Shown here piece by piece: positions 29,501 through 37,971 of a DNA stretch of 56,640 nt. The position numbers and the translations under genes were made by a program. Source of the DNA: a virus (taxonomy: Duplodnaviria > Caudoviricetes); the IMG/VR virus record IMGVR_UViG_3300002460_000037, positions 1 through 56,640 of that record. One strand, 5' to 3'. The notes under the pieces were generated by a model. The model had not been told where the DNA came from. It ran no database searches and saw only the letters and a list, made by a program, of their open reading frames with translations. The first letter of the stretch is position 1. Every line of letters starts with the position of its first letter.

Positions 29501-32500
29501 AAAACTCGACACATGATTATCTCGCAGCCAGCAAAGAACATTGACGAGTTCATGCAAATGCTGGGGCGAGTTAATCGGACTGGGCAAGTGGTATTGCCGC
29601 AGTACACGCTATTGCTGTCGGACGCTCCGGCTGAGAATCGACCGGCAGCCGTGCTGGTGAAAAAGCTGGCCAGCCTAAACGCCACGGTCACAGGCAAGGC
29701 GACAGGGTCGGTCGGGTTTGATACTCCCGACATCATCAATGAGGTTGGCGATTATGCCGTCGCGCGGTTCATGGAAGACTACCCACAAATGTACGAGGAC
29801 ATCGGGGAGCCGATGGGTGCGTTGGATGGCGATGGATTATTGAAAGATACGGATGACATTGCCAGGAAGGTTACCGGGCGCGTGATTCTTCTGCCGATCG
29901 AGCAGCAACGACAGTTCTGGGATGGCGTGATTGACATCTTCAACTCGCACTTGGCTGAACTGGACAACCTTGGAGAAAATCCACTGGTTGCAAAAACGCT
30001 TGATTTGCAAGCGAAGACTCAGAATCGCATGAAGATTTTCGACGGTCAGGAAGAGTCCACTAATCCTTTCGAGCAGCCCGCCTACCTGGAGACAGTTGAC
30101 GCCAAGCGTATTGGGAAGCCCATGTCGTCCAAGGAAGTGACCGATGCGATCCTAGCGGAGACTGGAGCCAGTGACATCGGCGATGTAAAGTCTAGAGCCA
30201 TGCAAATAGCAAGCGAGTCCGCAGATAAAGTTGAAAGCGATGCCAACTCTTACTTCGATAGTGATATCAGGCCAAAGCTATCCGAAAACAAGCTGGGCCA
30301 AAAGATGACTCAGTTTCTCCGCAGTGTGAAGGCAGTGGCGGAGCATGTGAGAACCTATCCGCCTGGAACTCCTGTATCAATTAATCTGAAAGACCCGGAC
30401 GCGGAAGAGGGGGATGTGTCGTTGGAACGGTTCAACGGAATCGTGATGGGAGTTTACAAAACAGGGAAGGCAAAAAACCCTGTGGCAATGTCGTCATGGG
30501 TTATTGACATCGCAGTCTCTGATGCCGTGCGCAGGATTCGAGTTCCAATTTCTCAAGTTGGAAGCCGAGCAGAAATCATGCTGTCATGGGGCACTCCACT
30601 CGAAAATCGACTAGCGGAATTTGACAAGGCCCAATCGACGTCTCGTGAAGTGCGACACATTGCGACCGGCAATCTTCTGGCTGCTCAAGAACAGTTACGC
30701 GGCAAGCGTGGTCGAATCGTATTTTTCACGGATGACTCCGGCGAAAGCCGCCGTGGAACGCTGATGCCAAGACGGTTTGATGTGCGGGAGTGGCAAGCGG
30801 ATCGTCCGATTGAATTCCAAAGTGTCGACCAAGTGCTGTCGTTCCTCACCAAGAATGGCACCGCATTCTCAGCGGACGGAAATTTCTATGTAGTGAGGAA
30901 TCCAGCAGGAAGCGGGGTGGTGTTCTCCGCCAAGAAGGCCAAGTCGCAGGGCGGCAAGTACACTCTCAATCGCGACATTCTGAATGCCGCTAGTCCGCAT
31001 GAGTTTGTATCAAAGGGCGCTGCATGGATGGAGATGCCCATCACCAACAAACAGCAGACAATCGCCGTTCTAAAGGCCGTGATGGAGATTACTACGCTTC
31101 AAGCGAACACGCAAAAGGACTTGGCTGCCGAAGTAATCAAACCCAAAGAGGAACCGCCAGGCACCGTCCCAGGGGCACAAGCGGAATCTCTCCGTCCGAC
31201 AGGTAAGGCTAGGACAGGTCAGCGGCGACTGACGCGCAAGGACGTAATAGCCGCATTCCCGCAGCGGACCGTCACAAATCTTCCAGGCGGTACGGGATGG
31301 CGTGTGGAAGTTGGCAGCCATCATTTTGACATTCAGGTTGTCGACGAAGTGCCAATCGATTGGGATGCCCTGGAAGCCAAGATGGGTCTAAAAATCCCGG
31401 AAGAGCAACGCGCCGCAATGGCCGCCGCCGGATCGTTCTCCGTGACCGACGAGACCGGGAAGCAGTACAGTGGTCTTGGATTGATTCGTCTGGCAAACGG
31501 CATGGCGACATCTTCGACGCTGCGACACGAAGCCCTTCACTTAGCACGCACGTCCGGCATGCTCAGTCAACGGGAGTGGGATGCGCTCGTCAAGCAATAT
31601 TCTTCCAAGATGCGCTCGATTGCTCAGCAGGAGGAAGATATCGCTTCGGCGCGGGAAGGCGTAGGGCCAGCTTCCACATGGCAGCGGATCGCCGCGTGGA
31701 TCAGAGGCATCCTGTCTAAGTTCGGAATCGGCGAGATTCAAGGGCGGGACGTGTTCCATCAGATGGATGAGGCCGGATTCTGGGACCGGGAAGCCAAGCG
31801 AACAGGAAGCAACACGTCCTACTCGATTCAAAAGATCGGCGACGTACCATTGCGTGGTCGCCCTGACTTAGCCAACCCGGCTAAAGACTTGGGCGTCAGG
31901 GACGTCGTTACTGACGTGGACGAGGAAAGGAATCTGGCTGGAAAGCCTACGCCTCGATCCAGGACCGTTGCGGCAGACGAAGCCACGCAGCGATTAGCAG
32001 CCGATTATTCCGGTGAGCGGCAGAAGTTGCTCGATCGGCTTGCTGATGGCGACACGATGAACGAAGCGGACACGGTTGTCGCGAGGAGAATCATCGACAA
32101 GGAAGGCATCGAGGCTCTCAAGTCAGGCAAGTTGGACGATTTGAAAAAACTTATCGACGGCTATCGGGATGTGCGTGCGGAGCAAGCGAGGGCACTGAGC
32201 CTGCGAGATCCGCTTGAGACGCCAGCCATGCGACGGAAGCGGGCGATCTTGGAAGCGATCTTGAGTTCCGACAACCCCACGAAGATCCTGGAAGCATTGA
32301 AAAATGAAGGTATCGACCTAACGGAGTTGGCTTCCGTATCGGAAGATCCAGCCGCATCGCTTCGCACGTTGGAAGAGACAGTTGCCCGCCATTCGACGTT
32401 TACAGATAAGGCTATCGAATACTGGCGTAACGCGATCCTGTCAGCACCAACCACTCATGCGGCCAACACCATAGGGAACGTTGCCAACACGGCGTGGTAT

Positions 32501-34276
32501 TACACCGCAGAGCGTTTTGTTCAGTCCGCATTGAACACGATCATCAGGAATCCGAAGGGTGCCCAGTGGGGCGAGTACAAACATTTGCTCGCTGGGATCT
32601 TGCCAGGCATGTCACGGGGGATGCGAAACGCCGTCCAGTCTTGGAAGACGGAGCGTTCGGCATTGTCGCACTTCATGGGAGGGGGAAAAATGCAGGAGGC
32701 AAGGATAGCCATTCCTGGCCGGCGTGGAAGATTTATTCGTTCGTTTGGCTATCGTCCGCTGCTGTTTGCGGACGAGTTCGCAAAGACTCTCATCGTCAAC
32801 ATGGAAGTTGGGGCGCAGGCGTACCGGATGGCGAAGGAAGAGGGGTTGTCGGGAGATGCTTTAACGGTTCGCGTCAGGGAATTGGTTGACGACATCGAAT
32901 CTCCAGCGTGGGGCAGCGCAACCGAAATTTCCAGAGAACTAACTTTCCAACAGGGAGGCTCAAAGATATCCAGAAAGCTGAAGAGTATTGCTAAGTTTGC
33001 GCGAGGAAAGTTCAAGCCGCTAACTTTTGTGATTCCGTTCGTCGAGACTCCTGTCAACATATTGGAGGAGGGATTGCGAAAGACTCCCTTGGGTGCGATC
33101 GAGCTGGCTGTCCGCTGGCGTCAGGCAGCCAAGGAAGCTAAGGAAACCGGCTCTCTAGATCCGTACGCTCCTTTGATTGGCCTTGGAGCCCAGCAAGCAA
33201 TAGCGGCTCTTGGAATGTTCCTGTTGTTCATGGGAAACGATGACGATGATCCGTGGATAACAGGTACTTCGCAACGTCGCGGCATCGGCAAGCGGCAGCT
33301 TGAGGAGCGAACCAATCCGCCACTTTCGATCAATCTCGGCAACCGATGGTACAGTTACCAACGAATTGAGCCGTTTGCCACGGCAGTTGCGACGATGGTT
33401 GATATGGCCAGCGCCGCCAAGAAAGGACGGCCATTTGACAAGACATGGGAAAGCATCCTTGGTCAGATAGAAGGAAAGACGTTCCTTCAGGGTATTGGAG
33501 ATGTGATCGAAGCCGTCGACAGTCCCGATCCAAACCGGGCAGTCAAGTGGGCGTCCAAGTTTGCTGTCAGTTGGGCTCCAAATATCATTCGCTCGTCAGG
33601 CAGGTCGATCGACAAAGTTCGTCCAGAGCGAAAGGTGTGGGGAAAGGGGAGTGATCTGTACAAGCGTCTGGGGATCAGGATGGCTCAGCAGACAGAGCTT
33701 GGAATCGTTCCAGACATGCCAAAGTACGACATGTGGGGCAGACTCGTTCCATCGTCAATTAGTCCAGTTCCTGGGACAGATATCGCATGGAGGATTCTTG
33801 TCCCGTCATACACAAAGCATGAGGGTGTTTTCGTAGGCGACCAATTGCTCATGGCGTGGAACCGGAGAAATCCAGACAGCGAAGTGGCTCCAGAGATGCC
33901 AACCCCAACCTACACGTGGGAAAGACAATCAAAAAGCATGACAGATCAGCAGTATGCGGAGTTTTTGCGGATGTCTGGCTCTCTGGCGAGAGAGCGAGTG
34001 TCGCGGATCAAGCCGAACGACAACCCGTCCGAAGCGACGATCGAGAGAATCAAAAGCATAATCGAAACTAGCCGCAGTCAGATCAGGGAGCAACTGGCGG
34101 TCAAATGGAACGGGACGGCCAGGGACACGAGAGATTACAAAGCCAAGCTTCGCCGATCGATTGCTAGTCCGATGCCAACGAGGAAGAGGGGGGAGTCGAA
34201 TGAGGATTGGAATCAGAGAAAAGCGGACGACCGCGACAAGCGAGCCAGGATGAAAGGCTTTCTCAAGAAGAAGTAG
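23591..34276 (+). CDS. Giant polyvalent virion protein: N6-adenine MTase, Strawberry-notch-type SF2 helicase, zincin metallopeptidase, helical C-terminal region (DarB-like role)
   Basis: AYSTP, DATAGNG (~26198), NPPF (26369); QTGVGKG (~27930), DESH (28361), SSATFAK, GSTGLSIHA, QMLGRVNRTGQ; HEALH (~31526); SYQRIEPF and KTFLQGI in the C-terminus. Confidence 0.88.
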   Translation: MPNAWELLDLFQGGQASGLPQSNVVTPSPQGGSPWELLDLFQGGQAPPSEPEQPDLGPIEGVRRGLVRGGQGIVGGIGGLIEGYQDTANAFDIWLANKLGVQADPAVQAVINDRRQLAEDSREFQRGIRRRAEDPTDLGKSTSAGGFNPASWRWWTENVSEAVPQLLGQTAVAAATGGGSLPAQIGTFAATGGALEAGGTYSAARERMEGKGIPQDEAMRRALAEAGTSGAINAAIEVGPGWAVGKLLGKSALSPAKRLAGREIAKRWLAVTAGEGGEEATQQVVSDTAQWLAENDPEAKPTFDKWREYAGAGLIGAAAGAGLGGVSTVGDIAEAFTSPAQPLKVPIPDAGGTPPAGAAPTPPQPGVQPGEPPAGAARTPEQIQRALAEDFYGSPEITATAWADKNPELAAKLVAGRRYSSRVFEEVGLPKMSAREGDTEKRRQWLRAVETHLSKGATVETEAEETPPKKEVPSPDITGVAAKPGAVVPSAPAAEAGLAIPQVDQQAEPVAVEPPKLKGIKKKPAEAASPKKKGIRKLESQTIGKNAAGQDVFEDANGIRSTIENGIRSTEPVQIIPTQQGVQYAPRSPRDTQFEVAATVSQAPPLGPLVIKPIFGGPETKLETKKPSIEVIESPGAAADRFPEGTPVEYDWRGKRVQGVSKGRRGDFLVVSTDKAHINHEIDASRGNVLAVEEPVDVPPPTKEQPQLPPSGVETPPGVGPSDSGDVVPPVQKPGVEQRDYGTVEKPSRVALGDHFGERLTSGAKYGTILEARSEAGEKLGGKVTPGTPTAKEVDEAVELGVVKAAKAVVAEGDDESDTYDRMVDLYERQPNLSTRTSTSISQQAYSTPAPLAYLASRLANVTSDKSVYDATAGNGMLLVAADPSKAVANELNASRAESLKSQGIATTTNDATDYRPSQEIDSIILNPPFGTVRDESNQTKTWTIEGVQTREVDHAIVMNSLSAMADDGSAVLILGAKGSRTSEPIEHAKAYSASGVKPFYDWLYDNYGVTDHFTVSGDLYSRQGASFPVDVIVIKGRSAASRVKPWNMKQGGIPIQYNSWQELKDAKLPQKRPATSVEPGTVEPGGAAAPTGQDVDVGTVPRPPAGEGGVDVEGRPGRAAGIQPAVGGTVGPVSGRPAAAPGERGVRGAAEQPRGAQENVPDPGVKPEGGGRVDTGTGERGGLGDAAPALEGVKKKLSDLSDEELEAAITEGISETPAEAEQTKKGIKKKPAEEAAEPKKKGIKSKESILSEETKAASKDLDDAAKAFADKYKGKLFTNPLADPELIRDVAKLTRMALRAGYLTFRDYTRYMADAIGADLTRRIGPAMQRSWDSLRAKLDTEMDVSSSVDQILQEEDSGETEFQTTYTPRSGSGKIGTLVPANLATAIRKSLDSLESEYGDLDAFVGKELGMTPTQLNNAFAAEQVDALALAIGNHKRGAAFVLGCQTGVGKGRVVAGMIRYAKINGMVPLFITEKPDLFGDMVRDLTDIGMNEPPFEILVTGDYTGKNVVQLPDGRQIKSSSDVNRERVLDAVSNWEATGELKSGDTVYDAIFTQYSQIQPISKKGVSLEPWRYDVILRIAPRTFVIFDESHNAGGSGSKRKTKKEREGPPNRAKFLRSVMSQFQGVLYSSATFAKRPDVMDLYSRTDMAKAVKNLEHLPVAIEEGGVPLQQVVSEMLAESGQYVRREKSFQGIKFEPAEVNVDLKTADNVSEVFRSINQFDVAKKDAVTAIDEEVVSSGKRLAGESATGDKGVTSTNFSSILWNLTDQMLLSLKADQTAQAAINAIKAGQSPVIVVDNTMESALNRYVDAGGLKFGDPIDFNYRDLLLHYLERSREVTIKHGAGIPPERHYLTDEELGPEAVAKYEASKKLIGEIQINAPVSPIDWIRKKIKEAGYSVAEVTGRETLIDYRDDGSMFLTQRAATESGSRGKTRSIKAFNDGSVDVLILNRSGSTGLSIHASQKVKNKKTRHMIISQPAKNIDEFMQMLGRVNRTGQVVLPQYTLLLSDAPAENRPAAVLVKKLASLNATVTGKATGSVGFDTPDIINEVGDYAVARFMEDYPQMYEDIGEPMGALDGDGLLKDTDDIARKVTGRVILLPIEQQRQFWDGVIDIFNSHLAELDNLGENPLVAKTLDLQAKTQNRMKIFDGQEESTNPFEQPAYLETVDAKRIGKPMSSKEVTDAILAETGASDIGDVKSRAMQIASESADKVESDANSYFDSDIRPKLSENKLGQKMTQFLRSVKAVAEHVRTYPPGTPVSINLKDPDAEEGDVSLERFNGIVMGVYKTGKAKNPVAMSSWVIDIAVSDAVRRIRVPISQVGSRAEIMLSWGTPLENRLAEFDKAQSTSREVRHIATGNLLAAQEQLRGKRGRIVFFTDDSGESRRGTLMPRRFDVREWQADRPIEFQSVDQVLSFLTKNGTAFSADGNFYVVRNPAGSGVVFSAKKAKSQGGKYTLNRDILNAASPHEFVSKGAAWMEMPITNKQQTIAVLKAVMEITTLQANTQKDLAAEVIKPKEEPPGTVPGAQAESLRPTGKARTGQRRLTRKDVIAAFPQRTVTNLPGGTGWRVEVGSHHFDIQVVDEVPIDWDALEAKMGLKIPEEQRAAMAAAGSFSVTDETGKQYSGLGLIRLANGMATSSTLRHEALHLARTSGMLSQREWDALVKQYSSKMRSIAQQEEDIASAREGVGPASTWQRIAAWIRGILSKFGIGEIQGRDVFHQMDEAGFWDREAKRTGSNTSYSIQKIGDVPLRGRPDLANPAKDLGVRDVVTDVDEERNLAGKPTPRSRTVAADEATQRLAADYSGERQKLLDRLADGDTMNEADTVVARRIIDKEGIEALKSGKLDDLKKLIDGYRDVRAEQARALSLRDPLETPAMRRKRAILEAILSSDNPTKILEALKNEGIDLTELASVSEDPAASLRTLEETVARHSTFTDKAIEYWRNAILSAPTTHAANTIGNVANTAWYYTAERFVQSALNTIIRNPKGAQWGEYKHLLAGILPGMSRGMRNAVQSWKTERSALSHFMGGGKMQEARIAIPGRRGRFIRSFGYRPLLFADEFAKTLIVNMEVGAQAYRMAKEEGLSGDALTVRVRELVDDIESPAWGSATEISRELTFQQGGSKISRKLKSIAKFARGKFKPLTFVIPFVETPVNILEEGLRKTPLGAIELAVRWRQAAKEAKETGSLDPYAPLIGLGAQQAIAALGMFLLFMGNDDDDPWITGTSQRRGIGKRQLEERTNPPLSINLGNRWYSYQRIEPFATAVATMVDMASAAKKGRPFDKTWESILGQIEGKTFLQGIGDVIEAVDSPDPNRAVKWASKFAVSWAPNIIRSSGRSIDKVRPERKVWGKGSDLYKRLGIRMAQQTELGIVPDMPKYDMWGRLVPSSISPVPGTDIAWRILVPSYTKHEGVFVGDQLLMAWNRRNPDSEVAPEMPTPTYTWERQSKSMTDQQYAEFLRMSGSLARERVSRIKPNDNPSEATIERIKSIIETSRSQIREQLAVKWNGTARDTRDYKAKLRRSIASPMPTRKRGESNEDWNQRKADDRDKRARMKGFLKKK

Positions 34277-34290
34277 TCTGCTCAGTGAAG

Positions 34291-34533
34291 TCAATCGCGT
34301 GGTGGCTGAGTCGCTTCAATCCGGGCGATCCGAACATCATGCTTGCCCAGCTTATTGGCGTGCTCGCCGAGCGAATCCCACAAACATTTGCCGTCTCGCT
34401 CCATTGATTGGAGGATCACGTCAATCTGCGTGCTCATCCGGCTGATCTTCCAGACGACGTGGATTAGCCCCCCGAGTACGGCGAACCCCACTCCAACCAT
34501 TGATACCGCTACAGCGATCCAAGCATTGTCCAT
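34291..34533 (-). CDS. Single-TM coiled-coil protein (holin-like)
   Basis: Hydrophobic WIAVAVSMVGVGFAVLGGLIHVVW, then HDVRIARIE. Confidence 0.6.
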   Translation of the reverse strand: MDNAWIAVAVSMVGVGFAVLGGLIHVVWKISRMSTQIDVILQSMERDGKCLWDSLGEHANKLGKHDVRIARIEATQPPRD

Positions 34534-34544
34534 GTTCCGCCCCT

Positions 34545-34811
34545 TCAAGGAAATGATGTGATGCCGTGGGAATTGAACAGTTCTTCCAGTGATTCGCGGG
34601 TGCGTTGGTCAAGCCACCCGACATACCACCGACGGCGCCTGTCGCTTAGCGTGAATCCGTGCCGAAATGGAACGGCCTCGATGTTTAGGCCACTTTTGTA
34701 AGCCTTGACACCGAGGTGATATTCAGACGTTTCGCGATCGTCGTCTGGAGACGTTGGTTCCATCTCCGTGAAGTCGATGTCATTTCGTCGCTTACGGCTT
34801 GTTTTCGACAT
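34545..34811 (-). CDS. Rmf-like fold small protein
   Basis: YHLGVKAYKSG....VPF......RRRWYVGWLD resembles the ribosome modulation factor G..A...G...CPY....W..GW pattern. Confidence 0.5.
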   Translation of the reverse strand: MSKTSRKRRNDIDFTEMEPTSPDDDRETSEYHLGVKAYKSGLNIEAVPFRHGFTLSDRRRRWYVGWLDQRTRESLEELFNSHGITSFP

Positions 34812-34889
34812 GGATGCAGTCTACGAAAAAACGCGGCCCGTGGAAACCACCAGCCGCGTCCGAAGACGCCCAAGGAGCGTATGGAGCAA

Positions 34890-35075
34890 TTACCGATCTC
34901 GCCGGTCATGGCGTCGTTGCACGCCCAGGACCGCCACAGCGACCTTGGCTGCCGGGTGAGCGCGGCTACAGCCACTTTCACGCCTGGCTTGCACTTGTTT
35001 GCCACAGCCCCCCTGTGCGTCCACAACGGACAAGCAGGAAATGACCAGTGCGACGAACAGCATGCGAATGAACAT
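34890..35075 (-). CDS. Small exported peptide
   Basis: AAGGAG RBS; signal-peptide-like MFIRMLFVALVISCLSVVDA. Confidence 0.5.
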   Translation of the reverse strand: MFIRMLFVALVISCLSVVDAQGGCGKQVQARRESGCSRAHPAAKVAVAVLGVQRRHDRRDR

Positions 35076-35173
35076 CAGAGACTCCTTTTGAGAAAAAATC
35101 GCCCGGCGCCACTGGGTAGAGACCCAAATGGCACCGGGCCTTCCAAGGGTATATCAAGCAAGGCAATTATGGC

Positions 35174-35383
35174 CTATGCCTTGGGCTTGAGCAACTCCAG
35201 CAGGATGGGGAGCAAAAGCTTCATGAGTTCCATCAACAGAGCCAGGAATTGCCCGCCAGCGGCCATGCTCGCGTTGCGGTAGGCTATGTTTCCAGACACT
35301 TCCATCGCGATCGTCAATGCCTGAATCTTTACAGTAGGCGTGGCGTCAGATTCTTCGAGAATCTTTATGATTTCTTCGTTCAT
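35174..35383 (-). CDS. Small protein with amphipathic C-terminus
   Basis: AAGGA RBS; FLALLMELMKLLLPILLELLK. Confidence 0.6.
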   Translation of the reverse strand: MNEEIIKILEESDATPTVKIQALTIAMEVSGNIAYRNASMAAGGQFLALLMELMKLLLPILLELLKPKA

Positions 35384-35672
35384 GATGGGTTCCTTTGAAA
35401 AGCGGCTGAGTGATTGAAAGTTCAGGGTCAAACCCTCTGCGAAGTCTAGACTGAAGCGTAGCGTAACTAACCACGCAACGTGAATCGTCTACCCAGTCTG
35501 CGGCACACTTTGATTCTCCGAAAGCAGGTATAATGTGATTGTCTCTAGTGTTTCTTTGTTGCTGTGATCGCGTGGCCCATCTCGCGTTGCCTGGTTCATA
35601 GTTCCCGTCAGTGCGAGTTCCATAAACTCCGTCCTTCTCGACGCCATAAGAAGATTGCCTTATCCTGACCAT
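35346..35672 (-). pseudogene. Internally deleted HNH endonuclease
   Basis: About 21 aa of N-terminus join directly to DGNYEPGNARWAT..QQRN..RLRRGF; zinc-binding region and SIDRID segment absent. Confidence 0.75.
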
Positions 35673-35673
35673 T

Positions 35674-35730
35674 GTTCGATCCTCTCAGCTAGGACTGAAC
35701 CGCCGCCCCGGATGCGACAACATCGCGGGG
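35674..35730 (-). promoter_or_regulatory. Two hairpins upstream of the HNH remnant, the second sequestering its RBS
   Basis: CCCCG-CGATG/CATC-CGGGG, then GTTCAGTCCT/AGGATCGAAC covering GAGAGGA just before ATG 35672. Confidence 0.55.
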
Positions 35731-35748
35731 TATTTTCGTGCAATTCCA

Positions 35749-36711
35749 TTAGAACACACGAATTTTTATTACCTTACCATCCCAGACGAAAATTCCATTA
35801 TACGGCTCGACGGGAGTTGGGGTTGGGTTCGTGTCATCAAGCGGCACTGGCTGCCCACCAAAGTAACGCTTCACGATTGATTCGGATGGATCGCCTCGCC
35901 ACGACAGCGGATCAACTTTCAGGATGCTCGGGTTCATAACTCCGCCGCGGGTGTGCTCCAAGCCAATCCCATGCCCAAGGAATTCGTGCTGCATCAGGTT
36001 GGCCAGCAAGATCGCCCCAGCATCGTACCCGGTGTCGAGCCGAGATTTGACGACCTGGCTGCATGTCCCAGGGGTCGGAAAATAGCAGTAACCAATGATG
36101 TTTCCGGGGATCGCTTCCCACTGAACGTCGAATTCGGCATCGCTGCCGTCAAAAACATACCGGACGGCGCACCCGGATTCAGCGGAACACTTGCGAGTGA
36201 GCAGGATCGCTTCGTTGAGATACGCCTTGATCGACGCGGGACAGCGTGACGTGTTCATTCCTACCCGCAGCGAATGCTCCGCGGCGGCGTTTTTCCTGGT
36301 CGGATCGCAGCCAGGCACAGGCCATGACCCACTGCCGGAAGCCTCTGAAAACCGCTGGTACGATTCAACAGCCGCTTGCAGCTCCGGGTCCGAGTAATGG
36401 AACGATGCGTGCGGCGGAGGGGCTGCATTTGGAATCGGGCAGCATGGTACTTCCAGCATCGACGCGGTCACAGGCCCCGCTTCGCCGTCCGCTACGATCC
36501 CACGTAAATGTAGGATCAGTGAGAGCACGTCGAAATTGGCGTCTTTCGATTGCCATGACGCGACCGCTTCCTTGACTTCCCGGTCCTGGAGCGTGAGCGA
36601 GGCCAGGTCTGATTGCTTGACGTTTAACGCCTCAAGCTTTGTCGGATCCCAGAACCCTCCGTTGTCCCACAGCTTCTGGATCAGGCGTCGTTCGTCGATT
36701 TGAGTTGGCAT
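35749..36711 (-). CDS. Matrixin-like (M10) zinc metalloprotease, candidate lysin
   Basis: GGAGG RBS; PG-binding-like AVASWQ..ADGEAGPVT; cysteine-switch-like PCCPIPN; HEFLGHGIGLEH; Met-turn VMNP. Confidence 0.75.
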   Translation of the reverse strand: MPTQIDERRLIQKLWDNGGFWDPTKLEALNVKQSDLASLTLQDREVKEAVASWQSKDANFDVLSLILHLRGIVADGEAGPVTASMLEVPCCPIPNAAPPPHASFHYSDPELQAAVESYQRFSEASGSGSWPVPGCDPTRKNAAAEHSLRVGMNTSRCPASIKAYLNEAILLTRKCSAESGCAVRYVFDGSDAEFDVQWEAIPGNIIGYCYFPTPGTCSQVVKSRLDTGYDAGAILLANLMQHEFLGHGIGLEHTRGGVMNPSILKVDPLSWRGDPSESIVKRYFGGQPVPLDDTNPTPTPVEPYNGIFVWDGKVIKIRVF

Positions 36712-36760
36712 TGATCCTCCAATACGGCTGCTTCATCAGGAATTGGTTCCGACTCGTCGA

Positions 36761-37351
36761 TCATGGTTGCTCAAGCACCTCGGCGACGATCATCCACGCC
36801 TTACGGGCATCGTCTAAGGCGGTGAAAGAAGCGAGACTTTTGTCCACGGCAACTTTCCACTGGCCCCAATGCGGAAGGCCAAGGGCTCCGAAGATCGTGT
36901 TGGTTGCCGTCTTGAGCTGATCCGTGCTGGTCACTGGGAGGCCCGCTGTCGTCGCGTACAGCTTCGACAGGGCCGCTTGGGTGTTCTTCTTGTTCGGGTC
37001 GACAACGGCGGCAGTCGCTGCCTGGACAGCCTTCCTGTGGCTTTCCAGGGGGGTCGTCGGATCCGGAGTAGGGTCCGGTCCGGGAGCCGTTCCTCCATCC
37101 AATCGGATGACTTGACCAGAGTATGGTGCCAATGCCGGGATTCCGTCCGCTGTCATGGTGAGTGTCCAAACACCTGCTTTCGTGACTAGCAGCGTGTCTA
37201 GCGCCGCCGGCTGGGGAGTGGCTTCAAATGCGGTGGCGTAGATGGTCGCGGCGGAAGGCGTGCTTGTTGACGGCAAAGGCAATGCGGTGGCCGTCACCAG
37301 ACCGGCCAAAGCAGCTAGGCCAAGCACGCCAGCTTGTTGTGCTTTATTCAT
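36761..37351 (-). CDS. Exported or membrane-anchored protein of the lysis region
   Basis: N-terminal hydrophobic segment, PGPDPTPDP linker, helical C-domain. Confidence 0.65.
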   Translation of the reverse strand: MNKAQQAGVLGLAALAGLVTATALPLPSTSTPSAATIYATAFEATPQPAALDTLLVTKAGVWTLTMTADGIPALAPYSGQVIRLDGGTAPGPDPTPDPTTPLESHRKAVQAATAAVVDPNKKNTQAALSKLYATTAGLPVTSTDQLKTATNTIFGALGLPHWGQWKVAVDKSLASFTALDDARKAWMIVAEVLEQP

Positions 37352-37390
37352 GTCGACCTCGATTTTCGCGAGTAAGAAACGAGACTGGAA

Positions 37391-37588
37391 TTACTTGGCG
37401 CCCGCTCGTTCGGAAGTCACCCCATTCTGCCGAGCCGTAAAAAGACCAACAGCCAGAACGATAGCGGCCACCACCGTATTCCAATCGGGGTTCGTTTCGG
37501 GGTTCCCATCCGCAAGAAGCTGGACCGCGCCGGCGAGAACGATTACGAGTCCGGAGATCGCGGCGATTTTGGGCTGTAAACTTGTCAC
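37391..37588 (-). CDS. Holin-like two-TM protein
   Basis: Two hydrophobic helices around DGNPETNPDW; ARQNGVTSE.AGA tail. Confidence 0.6.
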   Translation of the reverse strand: MTSLQPKIAAISGLVIVLAGAVQLLADGNPETNPDWNTVVAAIVLAVGLFTARQNGVTSERAGAK

Positions 37589-37971
37589 TTCAGTCTCCCA
37601 TTTTGTTCGAGTTGCGTTAGAAAAGTAGTTCTGAAATCGCGGACGGCATTGTGTTGCGCGGGGCTGAGCCTCATCACAGACAGTTTGTCGTCTGAAATTC
37701 CAAGAAATTGGCCAACGGTCATGATACCATAACTGTCCAGGATGTTTAACAGACGAGCGTTGTCGCCAACGCTCGTATCCACGAGTGGGGTATCCGTCGT
37801 GACCGGTAGCACCCTGGCGTGCAAGTCTCGCTCAGCTGAATCGATTATTCGCCGTGCCGCGGCGAAAAGGCCATGTTTCAGCACGATCTGCAGGCGGCGC
37901 ATGGCGATATCGAGCCGATCACCGGACAGGCCGTTGTTGAAAACGTGCTTTTGACCCTTTCGACTGCTCAT
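37585..37971 (-). CDS. RNA polymerase alpha-CTD-like protein
   Basis: TPLVDT...ARLLNILDSYGIMTVGQFLGISDDKL resembles the alpha-CTD R..N.L....I.TVGDL...S..EL pattern. Confidence 0.6.
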   Translation of the reverse strand: MSSRKGQKHVFNNGLSGDRLDIAMRRLQIVLKHGLFAAARRIIDSAERDLHARVLPVTTDTPLVDTSVGDNARLLNILDSYGIMTVGQFLGISDDKLSVMRLSPAQHNAVRDFRTTFLTQLEQNGRLK

